A DNA stretch of 39,851 nucleotides from a virus (IMGVR_UViG_3300023092_000004:1-39851); one strand, 5' to 3'; shown: positions 15,635-25,241, counted from the stretch's first letter. Notes: generated from the sequence alone by a model not told the origin. Translations and numbers: made by a program.

Positions 15635-16050
15635 GGGTGGCCGCGAAGAGAGACACCACGGAGCGGGGCATCATCCAGGCGCTCGAGGCCGACGGCTGGC
15701 GCGTGGTCCAGGTCTCGGACAAGGGCTTCCCGGACCTGTTCTGCGCCCGCCGTGGCGTGTCCGTGGTACTGGACGCCAAGAGCGCGGGTGGCGTGCTCCA
15801 GCCCGCGCAACTGGTGGTGTTCCAGGAGTTGGAGAAGGGCGGCGTCGTGGTGGGCATCGTCACCACGCCGGAAGAGGCGGTGAGCGTCGCGAACACCCTG
15901 GCTGACGTGCACCACCCCAACCTCCTCCGCAACCCTGAGATTATCCCCGACTTCGGCATCCGGACCTGGCGGGACATGCGCGTGGACGACAGGACGAAGC
16001 CCGGCCGGAAGTCCCGGCCGAGGCTCCGCATCCCCGCGCATCTGCGGTGA
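15631..16050 (+). CDS. PD-(D/E)xK nuclease, VRR-NUC/resolvase-like
   Basis: KRDTTERGIIQAL..GW.V, GFPDL, LDAK and LQPAQ motifs. Confidence 0.8.
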   Translation: MRVAAKRDTTERGIIQALEADGWRVVQVSDKGFPDLFCARRGVSVVLDAKSAGGVLQPAQLVVFQELEKGGVVVGIVTTPEEAVSVANTLADVHHPNLLRNPEIIPDFGIRTWRDMRVDDRTKPGRKSRPRLRIPAHLR

Positions 16051-16656
16051 CTACTGCGCCGGAACGGGGCCCGAGATGACGGCCAGGTAGGCGCCGGCGG
16101 GGATGGTCAGGGCCAAGCCCGCCTTCATCTGGATGTCGACGACGCCCGCCGGAGTGACGAAGCACCGGTAGTCCACATCCAGGATGGCGAGCGAGGCGGG
16201 CCACGCCGTGAGGCTGCATTCATCCCCGGCAGCGGCCCCAGTCCCGGCGACGGTCCCGATGCTCAACCAGCGCCCGAGGGTGGTGACAAGCAACCCAGAC
16301 GCCCGCGTGAGCTTCGCGGGCAGGAAGATGCCCCCAGGCCTGGGGGCGAAGTTGCTGGGCCCCATGACATCGAGGTTCTTCAGGGTGGTGCGGCCCGTCA
16401 CATTGAGGTCCCCCACCCAGGCGGTGCCCGCGTCGAGTTCGCCCACCGTGGCCATGTCCGTCTGCATGGAGGCAGAGGTGACGCCGCCGTCCGTGGCGAA
16501 GCCCCGACTCCACATGGGGCCGCTCGAGGCGCCGCCGCGGGTGGGGCGCGGGGCGGACTGGGCCATGGAGTCCTTGATGCCGAAGCCGACCCCCGCCCCG
16601 AGGACAGCACAGGCGCCGATGAAAATGGCGAGGGCCACGTCATGGCGTCTGCTCAT
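16051..16656 (-). CDS. exported or membrane-anchored beta-rich protein
   Basis: N-terminal hydrophobic helix, Gly/Thr/Ala-rich body, ATGA overlap. Confidence 0.7.
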   Translation of the reverse strand: MSRRHDVALAIFIGACAVLGAGVGFGIKDSMAQSAPRPTRGGASSGPMWSRGFATDGGVTSASMQTDMATVGELDAGTAWVGDLNVTGRTTLKNLDVMGPSNFAPRPGGIFLPAKLTRASGLLVTTLGRWLSIGTVAGTGAAAGDECSLTAWPASLAILDVDYRCFVTPAGVVDIQMKAGLALTIPAGAYLAVISGPVPAQ

Positions 16657-17066
16657 CGCGCACCCGCCCAGCCCTGGACGTGCACCGTCACCTGCCCGCC
16701 GGAGACGCCCACGCCGTCCGTCTGGAGGTGCATGCGACCGGAGGGTACGAGCACCTGGACGTCCGGCAGCCAGAAGGTGCGCTTGCCGGCAGCTGCCGTG
16801 GGGACGGGCAAGTCGAGGTCGGGGTTGGCGCCCCAGTCCCCAGCCCCCATGAGCGAGTCCAGGAAGTGGGTGCGCAGCGTTCCGGTTCCGGCGAGCGTCT
16901 GGCCGAATTCGGCCTGGATCCCCACGCGGAAGGCCCGGATGGAGTCCAGGGCGAACACCTGCTCGTCGGTGGTGGCACCCACGGCTGGCGCAGGGCTCGT
17001 GGGGCTGGTGGTGTACCTGGTACGCCGGACGTCGATGCTGTCGGAGGGGTAGGGAGGAAGTGGCAT
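16653..17066 (-). CDS. hypothetical beta-rich protein (MPLPPYPS), probably leaderless
   Basis: GC3-rich frame; TATTCT 7 nt upstream of ATG. Confidence 0.7.
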   Translation of the reverse strand: MPLPPYPSDSIDVRRTRYTTSPTSPAPAVGATTDEQVFALDSIRAFRVGIQAEFGQTLAGTGTLRTHFLDSLMGAGDWGANPDLDLPVPTAAAGKRTFWLPDVQVLVPSGRMHLQTDGVGVSGGQVTVHVQGWAGAR

Positions 17067-17187
17067 GGAAACGAGAATACCCCGGCGCCGGGAAGATTTC
17101 TTGCGGCTCTGGCGCATGGCGCGCAACTTCTCCGGCGTGGGCACGAGAATTACGCATGGCCCTGTGGTGGGGCCGGAGGGTAGCGAC

Positions 17188-17364
17188 ATGGTGACGAAAG
17201 AGGACATCGGGAAGCAGGTGACGTTCCCGGGGTTGAGCGAGGGCAACACGGGCCGCCTCATCGGCATGACGCCGGACGGCTGGGCCATCACCCGCGAGAC
17301 GACGCCCGAGGGCTTCCGGCGGGTGGACGAGTTCCCCGCCGCGCTGGTGGAGGTGGTGCCGTGA
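17188..17364 (+). CDS. small SH3-barrel-like hypothetical protein
   Basis: Hairpin plus GGAGGG SD. Confidence 0.65.
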   Translation: MVTKEDIGKQVTFPGLSEGNTGRLIGMTPDGWAITRETTPEGFRRVDEFPAALVEVVP

Positions 17365-17627
17365 CGAAGCTCTGCGGAAAGGGACATGAGGACCTCACCG
17401 AGGGCGAGCACAAGCCCGAGATCTGCCCGTGGCCGGGATGCCCCCATGGGCCTCGGAATGGAGATGTCGCCACCACGTACTGGACCGAGTGGGGACCCAC
17501 GACGCCTGTGGTCTGGGGGGAGAAGCCGAGAGGATTCCAGCCGAACGTGGAGCGCAGCAAGGAGTGGCGGCGGCAGCAAGGCTGGCGTCCCAACGGCCAC
17601 GAGATGTGGCGGTGGGTGCCGGCATGA
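17361..17627 (+). CDS. Trp/Cys-rich hypothetical protein
   Basis: GGAGG SD and GTGA overlap. Confidence 0.65.
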   Translation: MTKLCGKGHEDLTEGEHKPEICPWPGCPHGPRNGDVATTYWTEWGPTTPVVWGEKPRGFQPNVERSKEWRRQQGWRPNGHEMWRWVPA

Positions 17628-17821
17628 GCCCGAGCACGGCCTTCACCGACAACGTGGGCGACTGGTGGGCGGACGTCATGAGCCGTTTCGTGCGCCGTGC
17701 GACGCATGTGGACGGGGGTTGGCATAACCTCGACCTAACCGAGTGCCGCGCGGGCCTCGCCGATGCCGCCCGTCGCGTGGTGGCGGAGCAGCCGCCCTTC
17801 GAGCCCGTGGTGCGACGATGA
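17624..17821 (+). CDS. hypothetical protein
   Basis: ATGA-coupled. Confidence 0.6.
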   Translation: MSPSTAFTDNVGDWWADVMSRFVRRATHVDGGWHNLDLTECRAGLADAARRVVAEQPPFEPVVRR

Positions 17822-18015
17822 GGTGCGCGACCTGCGGCAAGGGACTCGTCGGCTCCGTCTTCGACCCGCCATGTGGGCGCGGCTGGTGCTCTCCCGCCTG
17901 CGCCGAGGCCTGGGACAAGGCCCACCCGGAGGAGGGCTGGGTGCGCGTCGAGGACGCGACGCTCGAGCAGCGCGCGGAGTTGCTCGCCATCCTCGGGAAG
18001 GGGGTCGTATGTTGA
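17818..18015 (+). CDS. zinc-finger protein (CxxC..WCSxxC)
   Basis: TRASH/YacG-like Cys spacing. Confidence 0.65.
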   Translation: MRCATCGKGLVGSVFDPPCGRGWCSPACAEAWDKAHPEEGWVRVEDATLEQRAELLAILGKGVVC

Positions 18016-18614
18016 GCATCGTCGAGCACCCGAGCCCGAACCACAGCCCGCGCAAGCCCGGCGTCCGCGTCGACACGGTGCTGTTGCACCACACGGCGAC
18101 GAAGGCCAACGCCACCGGTAACGCAGTGGCGCTTGCTACGTTGCGCGACCGACGCCCGGACGACCCGAGTAAGCGGGTGTCCGCGCACTACGTCCTGACC
18201 ACGGTGGGGGCTATTTACCGTCTCGTGACGGAGGGCCGCACGGCATGGCATGCGGGTAAGGGGCGATTTCCGTGGGAAACGCGAGCGTCCTATGACTTCA
18301 ATCATCGGTCGGTCGGAGTCGAACTCGTCAATCCCGGGGACGGGAAGACGCCCTTCACCGAGGCGCAGTACATGGCCCTGGGCGAGTTGCTGCCGGACGT
18401 CGTTGGCCGGATGGCGGGCGGGTTGGTGATGCTCTCCGGCGGCCCAGGAGGGAAGAACTCGAACATCGCGAGACCGGGGGCGCCGAAGGGCTCGGGCATC
18501 ATCCATGTGTTCGGCCACCGGGACGTGGCCCAGCCCCCGGGCCGGAAGACGGACCCGGCGGACAACTTCGACTGGGGCAGGGTGCGCAGCCTCTTCGCGG
18601 GGAGGGTGGCGTGA
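18009..18614 (+). CDS. N-acetylmuramoyl-L-alanine amidase (Amidase_2), endolysin candidate
   Basis: SPNH, LHHTA, VSAHYV, AWHAG, NHRSVGVELVN, FTEAQY, GHRDVA and RKTDP motifs. Confidence 0.93.
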   Translation: MLSIVEHPSPNHSPRKPGVRVDTVLLHHTATKANATGNAVALATLRDRRPDDPSKRVSAHYVLTTVGAIYRLVTEGRTAWHAGKGRFPWETRASYDFNHRSVGVELVNPGDGKTPFTEAQYMALGELLPDVVGRMAGGLVMLSGGPGGKNSNIARPGAPKGSGIIHVFGHRDVAQPPGRKTDPADNFDWGRVRSLFAGRVA

Positions 18615-19156
18615 TGGGGCTCGTGAAGTTGGCCTACATGGGGAAGGTCAAGTTCTTGACGGCGGACGGAGTGACGGCCATCACGCGGTGGGAACATGAC
18701 GGCGGCTCATGCACGTGCGTGTGGTACGGGCCTCGAGATGGACAGGTCGTCGACGGCACCCCCGACGAGGTGCACGCGGCGCTGTTTCCACCGGAATTCA
18801 TCGCCATCACGAAGGAGCAGCACAACAAACTCGCCGCTGCCGTGAGCAATCTGCCCCCTGGGGAGGCCAACGAACTCGTGTCGGCCCCCGGCGCGTCGGG
18901 AGTCATCTCGCAGGAGCAGGCCATGGCAACGCTCGAGCAGGGCGCGGCCTATGGCGGCCTATCCAGCGACACGTGGACGAGGCTGGGGCGGCTCGCATAC
19001 CCGAGTTCTTCCGGTCTCGTCATCCCAGCCGACCTCGCCGAGGCCCTCAACCCCGCCACCTACGAGCAGGAGTGGGCCAACCACTCGCCGAACTGCGCCC
19101 GAGCCATGGCCTGGGCACTCGGTCTCGTCCGGGCCCGGCTGGGGGTGGGGACGTGA
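18614..19156 (+). CDS. hypothetical protein
   Basis: GGAGGG SD; coupled to the amidase. Confidence 0.75.
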   Translation: MGLVKLAYMGKVKFLTADGVTAITRWEHDGGSCTCVWYGPRDGQVVDGTPDEVHAALFPPEFIAITKEQHNKLAAAVSNLPPGEANELVSAPGASGVISQEQAMATLEQGAAYGGLSSDTWTRLGRLAYPSSSGLVIPADLAEALNPATYEQEWANHSPNCARAMAWALGLVRARLGVGT

Positions 19157-19341
19157 GGCTCCGTGACGCACTGTTCGTCGAAGTGCGCGACGCCACGAGG
19201 CAGGACGTCGTGGCCGAGGGGTGCCTGGAGAGGAAGCCCGGCGCCGTCACCACGGCCCTGGAGAACCTGGAGCGGCACTACCTGCGCGTCCAGCGCCCGC
19301 GCTCCGGCGTGGCCATTATTATCCGGCGCCCCGTCCCGTAG
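19153..19341 (+). CDS. hypothetical protein (GTG start)
   Basis: GTGA overlap; GC3-rich. Confidence 0.55.
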   Translation: MRLRDALFVEVRDATRQDVVAEGCLERKPGAVTTALENLERHYLRVQRPRSGVAIIIRRPVP

Positions 19342-19488
19342 TGCGACGCCCCGCAGTCCAGTAGTGGAAAGTGCAACGCCGCGAGATAGTTGCTTGCGGC
19401 GCATAGCTTCATGCCGTATCGATTGAGCACGCTTCGGACCGGGGGGGGGAACGAACGTGTCGCACTCGTCCCCTGAATTGGAGTCCCC

Positions 19489-19956
19489 ATGCTTCGTGCG
19501 TTTGCCATTGCGGTTGTCGTTGCGGCGTTGTCTGGTTGTGGCGAGGAGTCGCCATTCGTCGAACCAGAGCAGAAACCCGCGTCTGCCTATGCCCCGTTCT
19601 TCGACAGCTGGTATGGCGTTGTGAGCGGCGTCACGTCCAGGAGGCAGGTGATTTCCATCGACATGTCCATGACGCTCTGGGGCGATGGAGATACAGCCAT
19701 GCTTCGCGGCCTGTGCGACGGATTGACCATTGACCTACAGGCATATCAACAGAAGGCGGAGTCCATTCGGTTCATGGGCGGCGCCGTCACGTGCACCATC
19801 CAGACGGAATGTGGCGAGACCACGGCGCGCATCGGAGGAATCACGCTGATCCCCGTCAACCTGGAGCAGGTGGCCATTCAGGCCTCCGCTGGGTTCAAGG
19901 CGTGCGCCGGACAACAAGAGGAGACAATTCTCATGTCCGGCGTTCTCGTGCGATAG
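19489..19956 (+). CDS. lipoprotein, moron-like
   Basis: Lipobox LSG|C, GGAG SD, own candidate promoter TTGCGG(19394)-17-TATCGA, lower GC3. Confidence 0.85.
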   Translation: MLRAFAIAVVVAALSGCGEESPFVEPEQKPASAYAPFFDSWYGVVSGVTSRRQVISIDMSMTLWGDGDTAMLRGLCDGLTIDLQAYQQKAESIRFMGGAVTCTIQTECGETTARIGGITLIPVNLEQVAIQASAGFKACAGQQEETILMSGVLVR

Positions 19957-19959
19957 CGC

Positions 19960-21315
19960 TTACTGACGGCCGACGCAGTCGATGTGAAATCCGATTCGGT
20001 CCGACGTATTGGTGAATTGGTAGTTCGTCGTCGTGCCGCCGGAGTTCGTCTCAGTCAGCCTGAACTGAAGTGTCGACGCCGACCTCTGTAGAATCTTCGG
20101 CACAAGCGCCGTCCCGAGGATGTCTCCAATCTTCTCGACGGTGATGGACGCCTTGTATGCGCCGGTCGCAAACGGCTGCTTGAACGTGACCGTTACGACT
20201 CCGGCCTGCGTTGCCGTCACGGTGTCGATATTGAACGTATCGTAGAGAGGACCCGTGATTGCGACGTCTGGCGTCAGGCCAGAGCCCACCGCTGTCCCGA
20301 GCACGCCCACTACCGCCCACGCCTTGGTGATGTTGGCGGGCGTCAGCACGTTCTTTACTGAGACGTTCCCATTGGGAGAGATGACCGTGTCCGCGAACGC
20401 GACGTGGGCGTTGACGAGCGTCAGCGCCGCCACGGGCGAAGTGGCCGTGGCAGCAGAGCCCCGGGCGATGCTGGTGCCGCTGTCGCCGAACTCCAGCATG
20501 CCGCCCGCGCCGGGCACCAGGTCGACGTCGTAGCGCAGACCGAAGCGCAGCGTCTGCCACCCGGCGAGCGTCCCCATGCTGCGCGTGTAGACGTCCAGGC
20601 CGACGTTGTTGACGCCCACCGCATTCGTCCAGGCAAGGCCGTTGAGGGGGAAAATGGCGTTGGCCGTGGCCGGAAGTTGTGCCGACGCGGCGTAGTAGCG
20701 GGTGGGCCGCACCGTGCCGGCCGCATCCAGGGGAGCGGCAATGCCCGCGATGCCGCCGGTGGACTCCAGCCCCAGTCCCTGCACGCTGCCGCCCGCACCG
20801 CCCGCCGCTCCGCCAATGGTGAAGAGTCCCGTGCCACCGCCTCCGGAGCCGGCACCCGCGCCGCCCTCGGTGACGATGCCGCGCGCGCCCGGAGCATTGC
20901 CCGAGGGAGTGCCGCCGGTGACGTTAATGCCCACTCCCGTACCATTCCCATAGACGGTGAGCCCCACGGCATTGGGCGTGGTGTTGTTGATGGTGAGCGG
21001 GCGGTTGATGTTGACGTAGGTGAGGGCCCACTCCTGAATGACACTCGCCGACGCCACCAGACTCACGCTGGCCGCGCCGCCCCGGAAGAAGCCCAGGCCC
21101 GGCTCCGAGTTGAAGGTGATGGCCGGGTTGGCCGCGCTGCCGTCCTGGGCCTTGAAGGGCGCCTGCATGCCGCCGTTGCCGGTACGGTCCAGGCTGGCGG
21201 TTAGCGCCTGGTCGATGTCGGTAAACTTCTCATTCACGTCCTGGCTGCGGATGGTGCTGCCCGGCGTGAAGTTGGGAATGGGGCTGGTGTAGGTACCGGC
21301 GGAATTGCGAGACAT
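19960..21315 (-). CDS. tail fibre / receptor-binding protein
   Basis: MSRNSAGTYT..DIDQALTASLDRTG anchor, Gly-rich shaft, beta-rich tip; last gene of the virion operon. Confidence 0.8.
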   Translation of the reverse strand: MSRNSAGTYTSPIPNFTPGSTIRSQDVNEKFTDIDQALTASLDRTGNGGMQAPFKAQDGSAANPAITFNSEPGLGFFRGGAASVSLVASASVIQEWALTYVNINRPLTINNTTPNAVGLTVYGNGTGVGINVTGGTPSGNAPGARGIVTEGGAGAGSGGGGTGLFTIGGAAGGAGGSVQGLGLESTGGIAGIAAPLDAAGTVRPTRYYAASAQLPATANAIFPLNGLAWTNAVGVNNVGLDVYTRSMGTLAGWQTLRFGLRYDVDLVPGAGGMLEFGDSGTSIARGSAATATSPVAALTLVNAHVAFADTVISPNGNVSVKNVLTPANITKAWAVVGVLGTAVGSGLTPDVAITGPLYDTFNIDTVTATQAGVVTVTFKQPFATGAYKASITVEKIGDILGTALVPKILQRSASTLQFRLTETNSGGTTTNYQFTNTSDRIGFHIDCVGRQ

Positions 21316-21316
21316 G

Positions 21317-23119
21317 TCACTGCTCCTTCCGGCGGCGCAGCATCTCGAGGAGTGCGCGCACGCGGGGGTTGAGGTTCGGGTCGTCCAGGTCCTGCGACTC
21401 CGCCCAGCGCTCGGCCTCGTCCGCCGCGAAGGGGCCGAAGGAGGCACCGCCCACGCCAAGGCGCTCGGCGGCGCGGCCGGAGGCCAGCGACTTGCGCAGG
21501 CCTTCGGCGCCCGCGGCGGTGGTGGAGGCGCTCCGGCTGCGCAGCTCCGAATTCACCTTGGCCCAGAATTTCTGCTTGATGATGTTGTCCCCGCCCGCCG
21601 CCGCCCCCACGAGCGTGTCCTGGAGCCCAACGCGTGGACGCTGGTCGAACTTCGCCCGGGCCCGCGTCGAGAATTGCGCCGCGTCGAGGTATTTGCCCAG
21701 CCGCTTCTTCTGGTTGAGGAAGTCGTACACCATATCCTGATACATGCCCCGCCCCGCCTCGGGTTGAGGGAGTCCGAAGCGTTCCGCCACCTCCCGCGAC
21801 TTGGAATCCCGGGCCACGGCCTGCTCCAGGAGCGACGACTCATTCCCCAGGCGTATAAGACGGGATGCCTTCTTATAGGACTCCTGGCGGCTCTTGGGGT
21901 TGATCCTGTCGAATCCACCAAGGCTCTGGAGGTCCTCCTTGATGCGCTCCGTCTGCCGGACCCCTAGTTGGCCGTCCGGGCCGAGCTTCCGGACTGTCTT
22001 GAGGTTCGTCGCCTCTTCCAGGAAGATCTCCGCTGGGGATTTGTCCTTGGACAGATTCGGCACCAGCGCGTTGTGCTCCCGCACCAACTGCTGGGCGACG
22101 CGCTGCGCATCAGCCCCCTTGAAGCCCCGCGCCTCCAGCTCGGAGATGATTTCCCCGAGCCGCTCTCCCTCCTTGTCCGCCTGGGGGACGATGCGGTTGT
22201 GGATGTCCTCCACGTTGTCGAAGGCGCGGAGCTGGTTGTCGTCCAGCATCTGCGCCGCCGACTCGTCCCGCATGGGCTTGCGCGTGGCGGCGCCAATGTC
22301 CGACTGCCCCTGGATGGCCTCCTTGGTGTTGCGCACGGCGAGGCGGCGCAGCCAGGGGATGCCCTGACGCGCCCCTTCCGCCACCACCCCGCCGACTGCA
22401 CCGTACATGGCGCCCGGGCCCGCGCCGCGCACGGCGTCCTCCAGGACGCCTCGCACGTCCCCGCGTGTCAGGTCCGCTTCGCCCTCCGTGGCGCCTTCGA
22501 GGGCCCCGTAAGCGGCCCCTGTCGCCGAGGCCGAGGCAAGACGCGAGGCCGCCGGACCGCGCGCCAGGGCCGCCAGCCTTGCCGCTCCGGAGAGCCCGCG
22601 CCCGGCATTCGCGCCCGTGGCCGCCGCGCGCGCGCCAATGCTGACCGCCGGCAGCGGCGCGGCGATGGATGTCGCGATGCCCGCAGCCATTCCGGCGCGG
22701 GCCGCGATGGGGTTCTGCTCACTCCCGGCGGCGATGCGGGCGGCGCGCTCGTCTCTCACAAGCCGGTAGGTGTCGAGAATGGACATCGGCTCGTCCGCCG
22801 TGGGCGGGATCGGACCGGCTGGCAGGTAGGGGGTCTCGATGGGTCCGAGGCGCTCCAATTCTGCCCGAGCCTCTGGCGTCAGGCGTGCGCGAACCCCGAT
22901 GTCCCGGTCGGCAAGAGCCTGGAGGACGTCTCTCAGGCGACCGCCAGCCGGGAGCATGTTGACCCAGTTGTTGTGGAGTGTTTCCCCGCCGCCCACCTGG
23001 GGCGCCTCTTGCGCGGCGAGCGCGCGGAGAATGGCCTCCTCGGAGATGGACTGATTCGGCTCGGGCGCGGCCTCTTCGGCCTCCAACGCCCGAAGGAATG
23101 CCTCTTCGGATGGGCTCAT
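21317..23119 (-). CDS. DNA ejection / internal virion protein (600 aa)
   Basis: Ala/Gly-rich amphipathic segments; position and size comparable to P22 gp16. Confidence 0.65.
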   Translation of the reverse strand: MSPSEEAFLRALEAEEAAPEPNQSISEEAILRALAAQEAPQVGGGETLHNNWVNMLPAGGRLRDVLQALADRDIGVRARLTPEARAELERLGPIETPYLPAGPIPPTADEPMSILDTYRLVRDERAARIAAGSEQNPIAARAGMAAGIATSIAAPLPAVSIGARAAATGANAGRGLSGAARLAALARGPAASRLASASATGAAYGALEGATEGEADLTRGDVRGVLEDAVRGAGPGAMYGAVGGVVAEGARQGIPWLRRLAVRNTKEAIQGQSDIGAATRKPMRDESAAQMLDDNQLRAFDNVEDIHNRIVPQADKEGERLGEIISELEARGFKGADAQRVAQQLVREHNALVPNLSKDKSPAEIFLEEATNLKTVRKLGPDGQLGVRQTERIKEDLQSLGGFDRINPKSRQESYKKASRLIRLGNESSLLEQAVARDSKSREVAERFGLPQPEAGRGMYQDMVYDFLNQKKRLGKYLDAAQFSTRARAKFDQRPRVGLQDTLVGAAAGGDNIIKQKFWAKVNSELRSRSASTTAAGAEGLRKSLASGRAAERLGVGGASFGPFAADEAERWAESQDLDDPNLNPRVRALLEMLRRRKEQ

Positions 23120-24450
23120 GGGGGCGTGATTCCTTGGCGGCGGAGTTTCTCCCGGGCCTCATCGGCGCGGGGATGGGTGGGGTTGGCCTTCACGAAGTCG
23201 TAGAGCGTCTTCTGGGGCGCCGTCATGGAGCCGCCACTGCCCCCGGCGGGCGTGGTGCCGGGCGGCTTCGTTAGGTCGGTGTCGGGCGGGCTCCGCGCCG
23301 GGCCAGCGGCTGGGAACTGGTAGCCGTACGCCCGGACGCGGCCATTCACCTTGGTGTCGACCCAGCGCTCCAACTGTTGGACGGCGGCGCCGACGTCGTC
23401 CACGCCGAACTCATCGCGAAGGATGCCGACGATGGTGGTGGGGTTGGATCCCGCCAGCTTCTCCATGAGCCCCTGGTCGGGCCCCGAGAGCGCACCGAGC
23501 CCCGCCACATCCTTGGCCTCCAACTGGATGGAGGTCAGGAGCTGCTTCATCGTCGTTCCGTTCGGGCCAGTGAGCTTCCCCCCGTCCTTCCGGTACAGGT
23601 TGTAGAAGTCGCTAGTGAAGGACTTCATGGTGTTGGCGGCGGCGCGGATGCTCTTCACCATCTTGGCGTCATCTGCCGTGGGGGTGGCGCCCGGGGCAAT
23701 CTCCAGGCCGTAGACGCTGGACTCGCCCTTCTTCTCGGCGCGTCGGGCCTCCCGTTCGGCGGCCTCGGCCTCCAGGGCATCCTCGCGAAGCCCGAGCCCC
23801 TTCCACATCCCTGCCACCGTCTGCTGTGCCTTCCACTTCTCGGTGTCGAACTTCTCCTTACCGGTGGCTGCCTTGCGCGCCGCTTCCTGCTCCTGGTTGG
23901 CCAACCGGCGGTTCGCTTGGCGAAGCGCCAGAGCGCGAAGGCTCCCGGTGTCCGTGTTGGCCACGGACTTCTGTTGGGCCTGTCCATAGGCGCCCAATAC
24001 CGGGTCCCCGGAGAGGATGCCGAGGCTCCCGGCCTGCTCTGGGTTCCACGCCCTGGCGCCACGGGCGAAGCGTGCGCGGGCGGCGTCCGTGGTGGCGGTG
24101 AGTTCGGACAGGCCCTGCTCCGCGCGGCGTTGCTGCTGGAGGCCGTTGACGCGGTTGATGATTCCGCCCAGGCCTCCAAGGGCCGCTCCCAGGCCGGTGC
24201 TGTGGCCACCTCCCACCTCCCCCTGGAGTCGCTGGGCCATTGCCAACTGCCGTTCCAGGGCCGCGCGCTTCGCTCCACTCGAGCCGAGTGCCGTGTATGC
24301 AGCGAGGTCCGGGTCGGACACGTCAGGCAGCGCGCCGCTGTCCTGAGGAGCCCACATTTGAGAGAGCGTGGCCGGGTCGTAGCGCAGGAAGTCCAACTTC
24401 GCATCCTGCGGCAGGTAGTCCATCCACGTTTCGTCATACGGCTCAGCCAT
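23116..24450 (-). CDS. DNA ejection / internal virion protein (444 aa)
   Basis: GAALGGLGG segment and LGALSGPD motif; synteny. Confidence 0.65.
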   Translation of the reverse strand: MAEPYDETWMDYLPQDAKLDFLRYDPATLSQMWAPQDSGALPDVSDPDLAAYTALGSSGAKRAALERQLAMAQRLQGEVGGGHSTGLGAALGGLGGIINRVNGLQQQRRAEQGLSELTATTDAARARFARGARAWNPEQAGSLGILSGDPVLGAYGQAQQKSVANTDTGSLRALALRQANRRLANQEQEAARKAATGKEKFDTEKWKAQQTVAGMWKGLGLREDALEAEAAEREARRAEKKGESSVYGLEIAPGATPTADDAKMVKSIRAAANTMKSFTSDFYNLYRKDGGKLTGPNGTTMKQLLTSIQLEAKDVAGLGALSGPDQGLMEKLAGSNPTTIVGILRDEFGVDDVGAAVQQLERWVDTKVNGRVRAYGYQFPAAGPARSPPDTDLTKPPGTTPAGGSGGSMTAPQKTLYDFVKANPTHPRADEAREKLRRQGITPP

Positions 24451-24458
24451 GGTTCACC

Positions 24459-25241
24459 TCAGAGGCCGAAGGGGAGTCCGGCGGCCGCACCAGCGAGTTG
24501 AGTGCCGCCCTCGATGGCGTCCTTGATGTTCTGCAACTCCTGGAGGTAGCGCTGCCAGTCCTGTGCGCCCTGCATGCCCGCGGCCTGGAGGTATTGCGGC
24601 GTCTCCGCGCGCCCGGCCTGGTTGTAACCCTGCTGCTGGGAGAGGCCCTGGAGGCCCTGGAGTTCACCGAAGGCCTGCCCGCGCACCCGGAGTTGCTCCA
24701 TGAGAGCCTGCTGCCGGGCCTGCTGGGACTGGCTGAAGATGGCGTTACCTGCCTGGGTGCCCTGGCCGATGGCGCTATTCAGCGCGCCGCCGTAGGCATC
24801 GTTCTTCTGGCGACCGAAGGCGGCGATGGCGTCGTTGTAGGCCTGGGAGCCGGGGGCGAGGCCCTGCCCGGCGAGCTGCGCCTTGAGCGCCGTCTCCTGC
24901 TGTGCGAATTGCGGGTCCAGCCGCGATGAGGCCTGGCCGTAGGCGGAGTTGATGGCCTGGTCCCGGGCCTGGGTGGGGTCCAGCGCCGGGGGCAGCCCGT
25001 CCAGAGAGAAGGGCGTCCCCATGGCCTGAGCGGCCTGCTGCTGGAGGCTCCCGCTCAGGCCCGCGAGGGGCCCGTTGAAGGACGTCTGCTGGCCGTTGGG
25101 ACCGTAGGTGGTGCTGGCGAAGCCGTTGTTCTGGTTAATGCGGTTCTGCTGCGTCTGCTGGTCCACCGCCTGCTGGCTCGCCTGGGCCTGCTGCCCCGCC
25201 GCTCCCGCGAAGTTCTGTGGTGCTGGCATGCCGTTGCTCAT
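24459..25241 (-). CDS. DNA ejection / pilot protein (260 aa, Q/A/G-rich)
   Basis: QNRINQ, RLDPQF and LAGQGLAPGSQAY segments; synteny. Confidence 0.7.
   Translation of the reverse strand: MSNGMPAPQNFAGAAGQQAQASQQAVDQQTQQNRINQNNGFASTTYGPNGQQTSFNGPLAGLSGSLQQQAAQAMGTPFSLDGLPPALDPTQARDQAINSAYGQASSRLDPQFAQQETALKAQLAGQGLAPGSQAYNDAIAAFGRQKNDAYGGALNSAIGQGTQAGNAIFSQSQQARQQALMEQLRVRGQAFGELQGLQGLSQQQGYNQAGRAETPQYLQAAGMQGAQDWQRYLQELQNIKDAIEGGTQLAGAAAGLPFGL

Noticed and set aside
17065-17187. Overlapping divergent ATGs at 17064-17067
   Set aside because: The plus-strand gene has a much better SD-led start at 17188.
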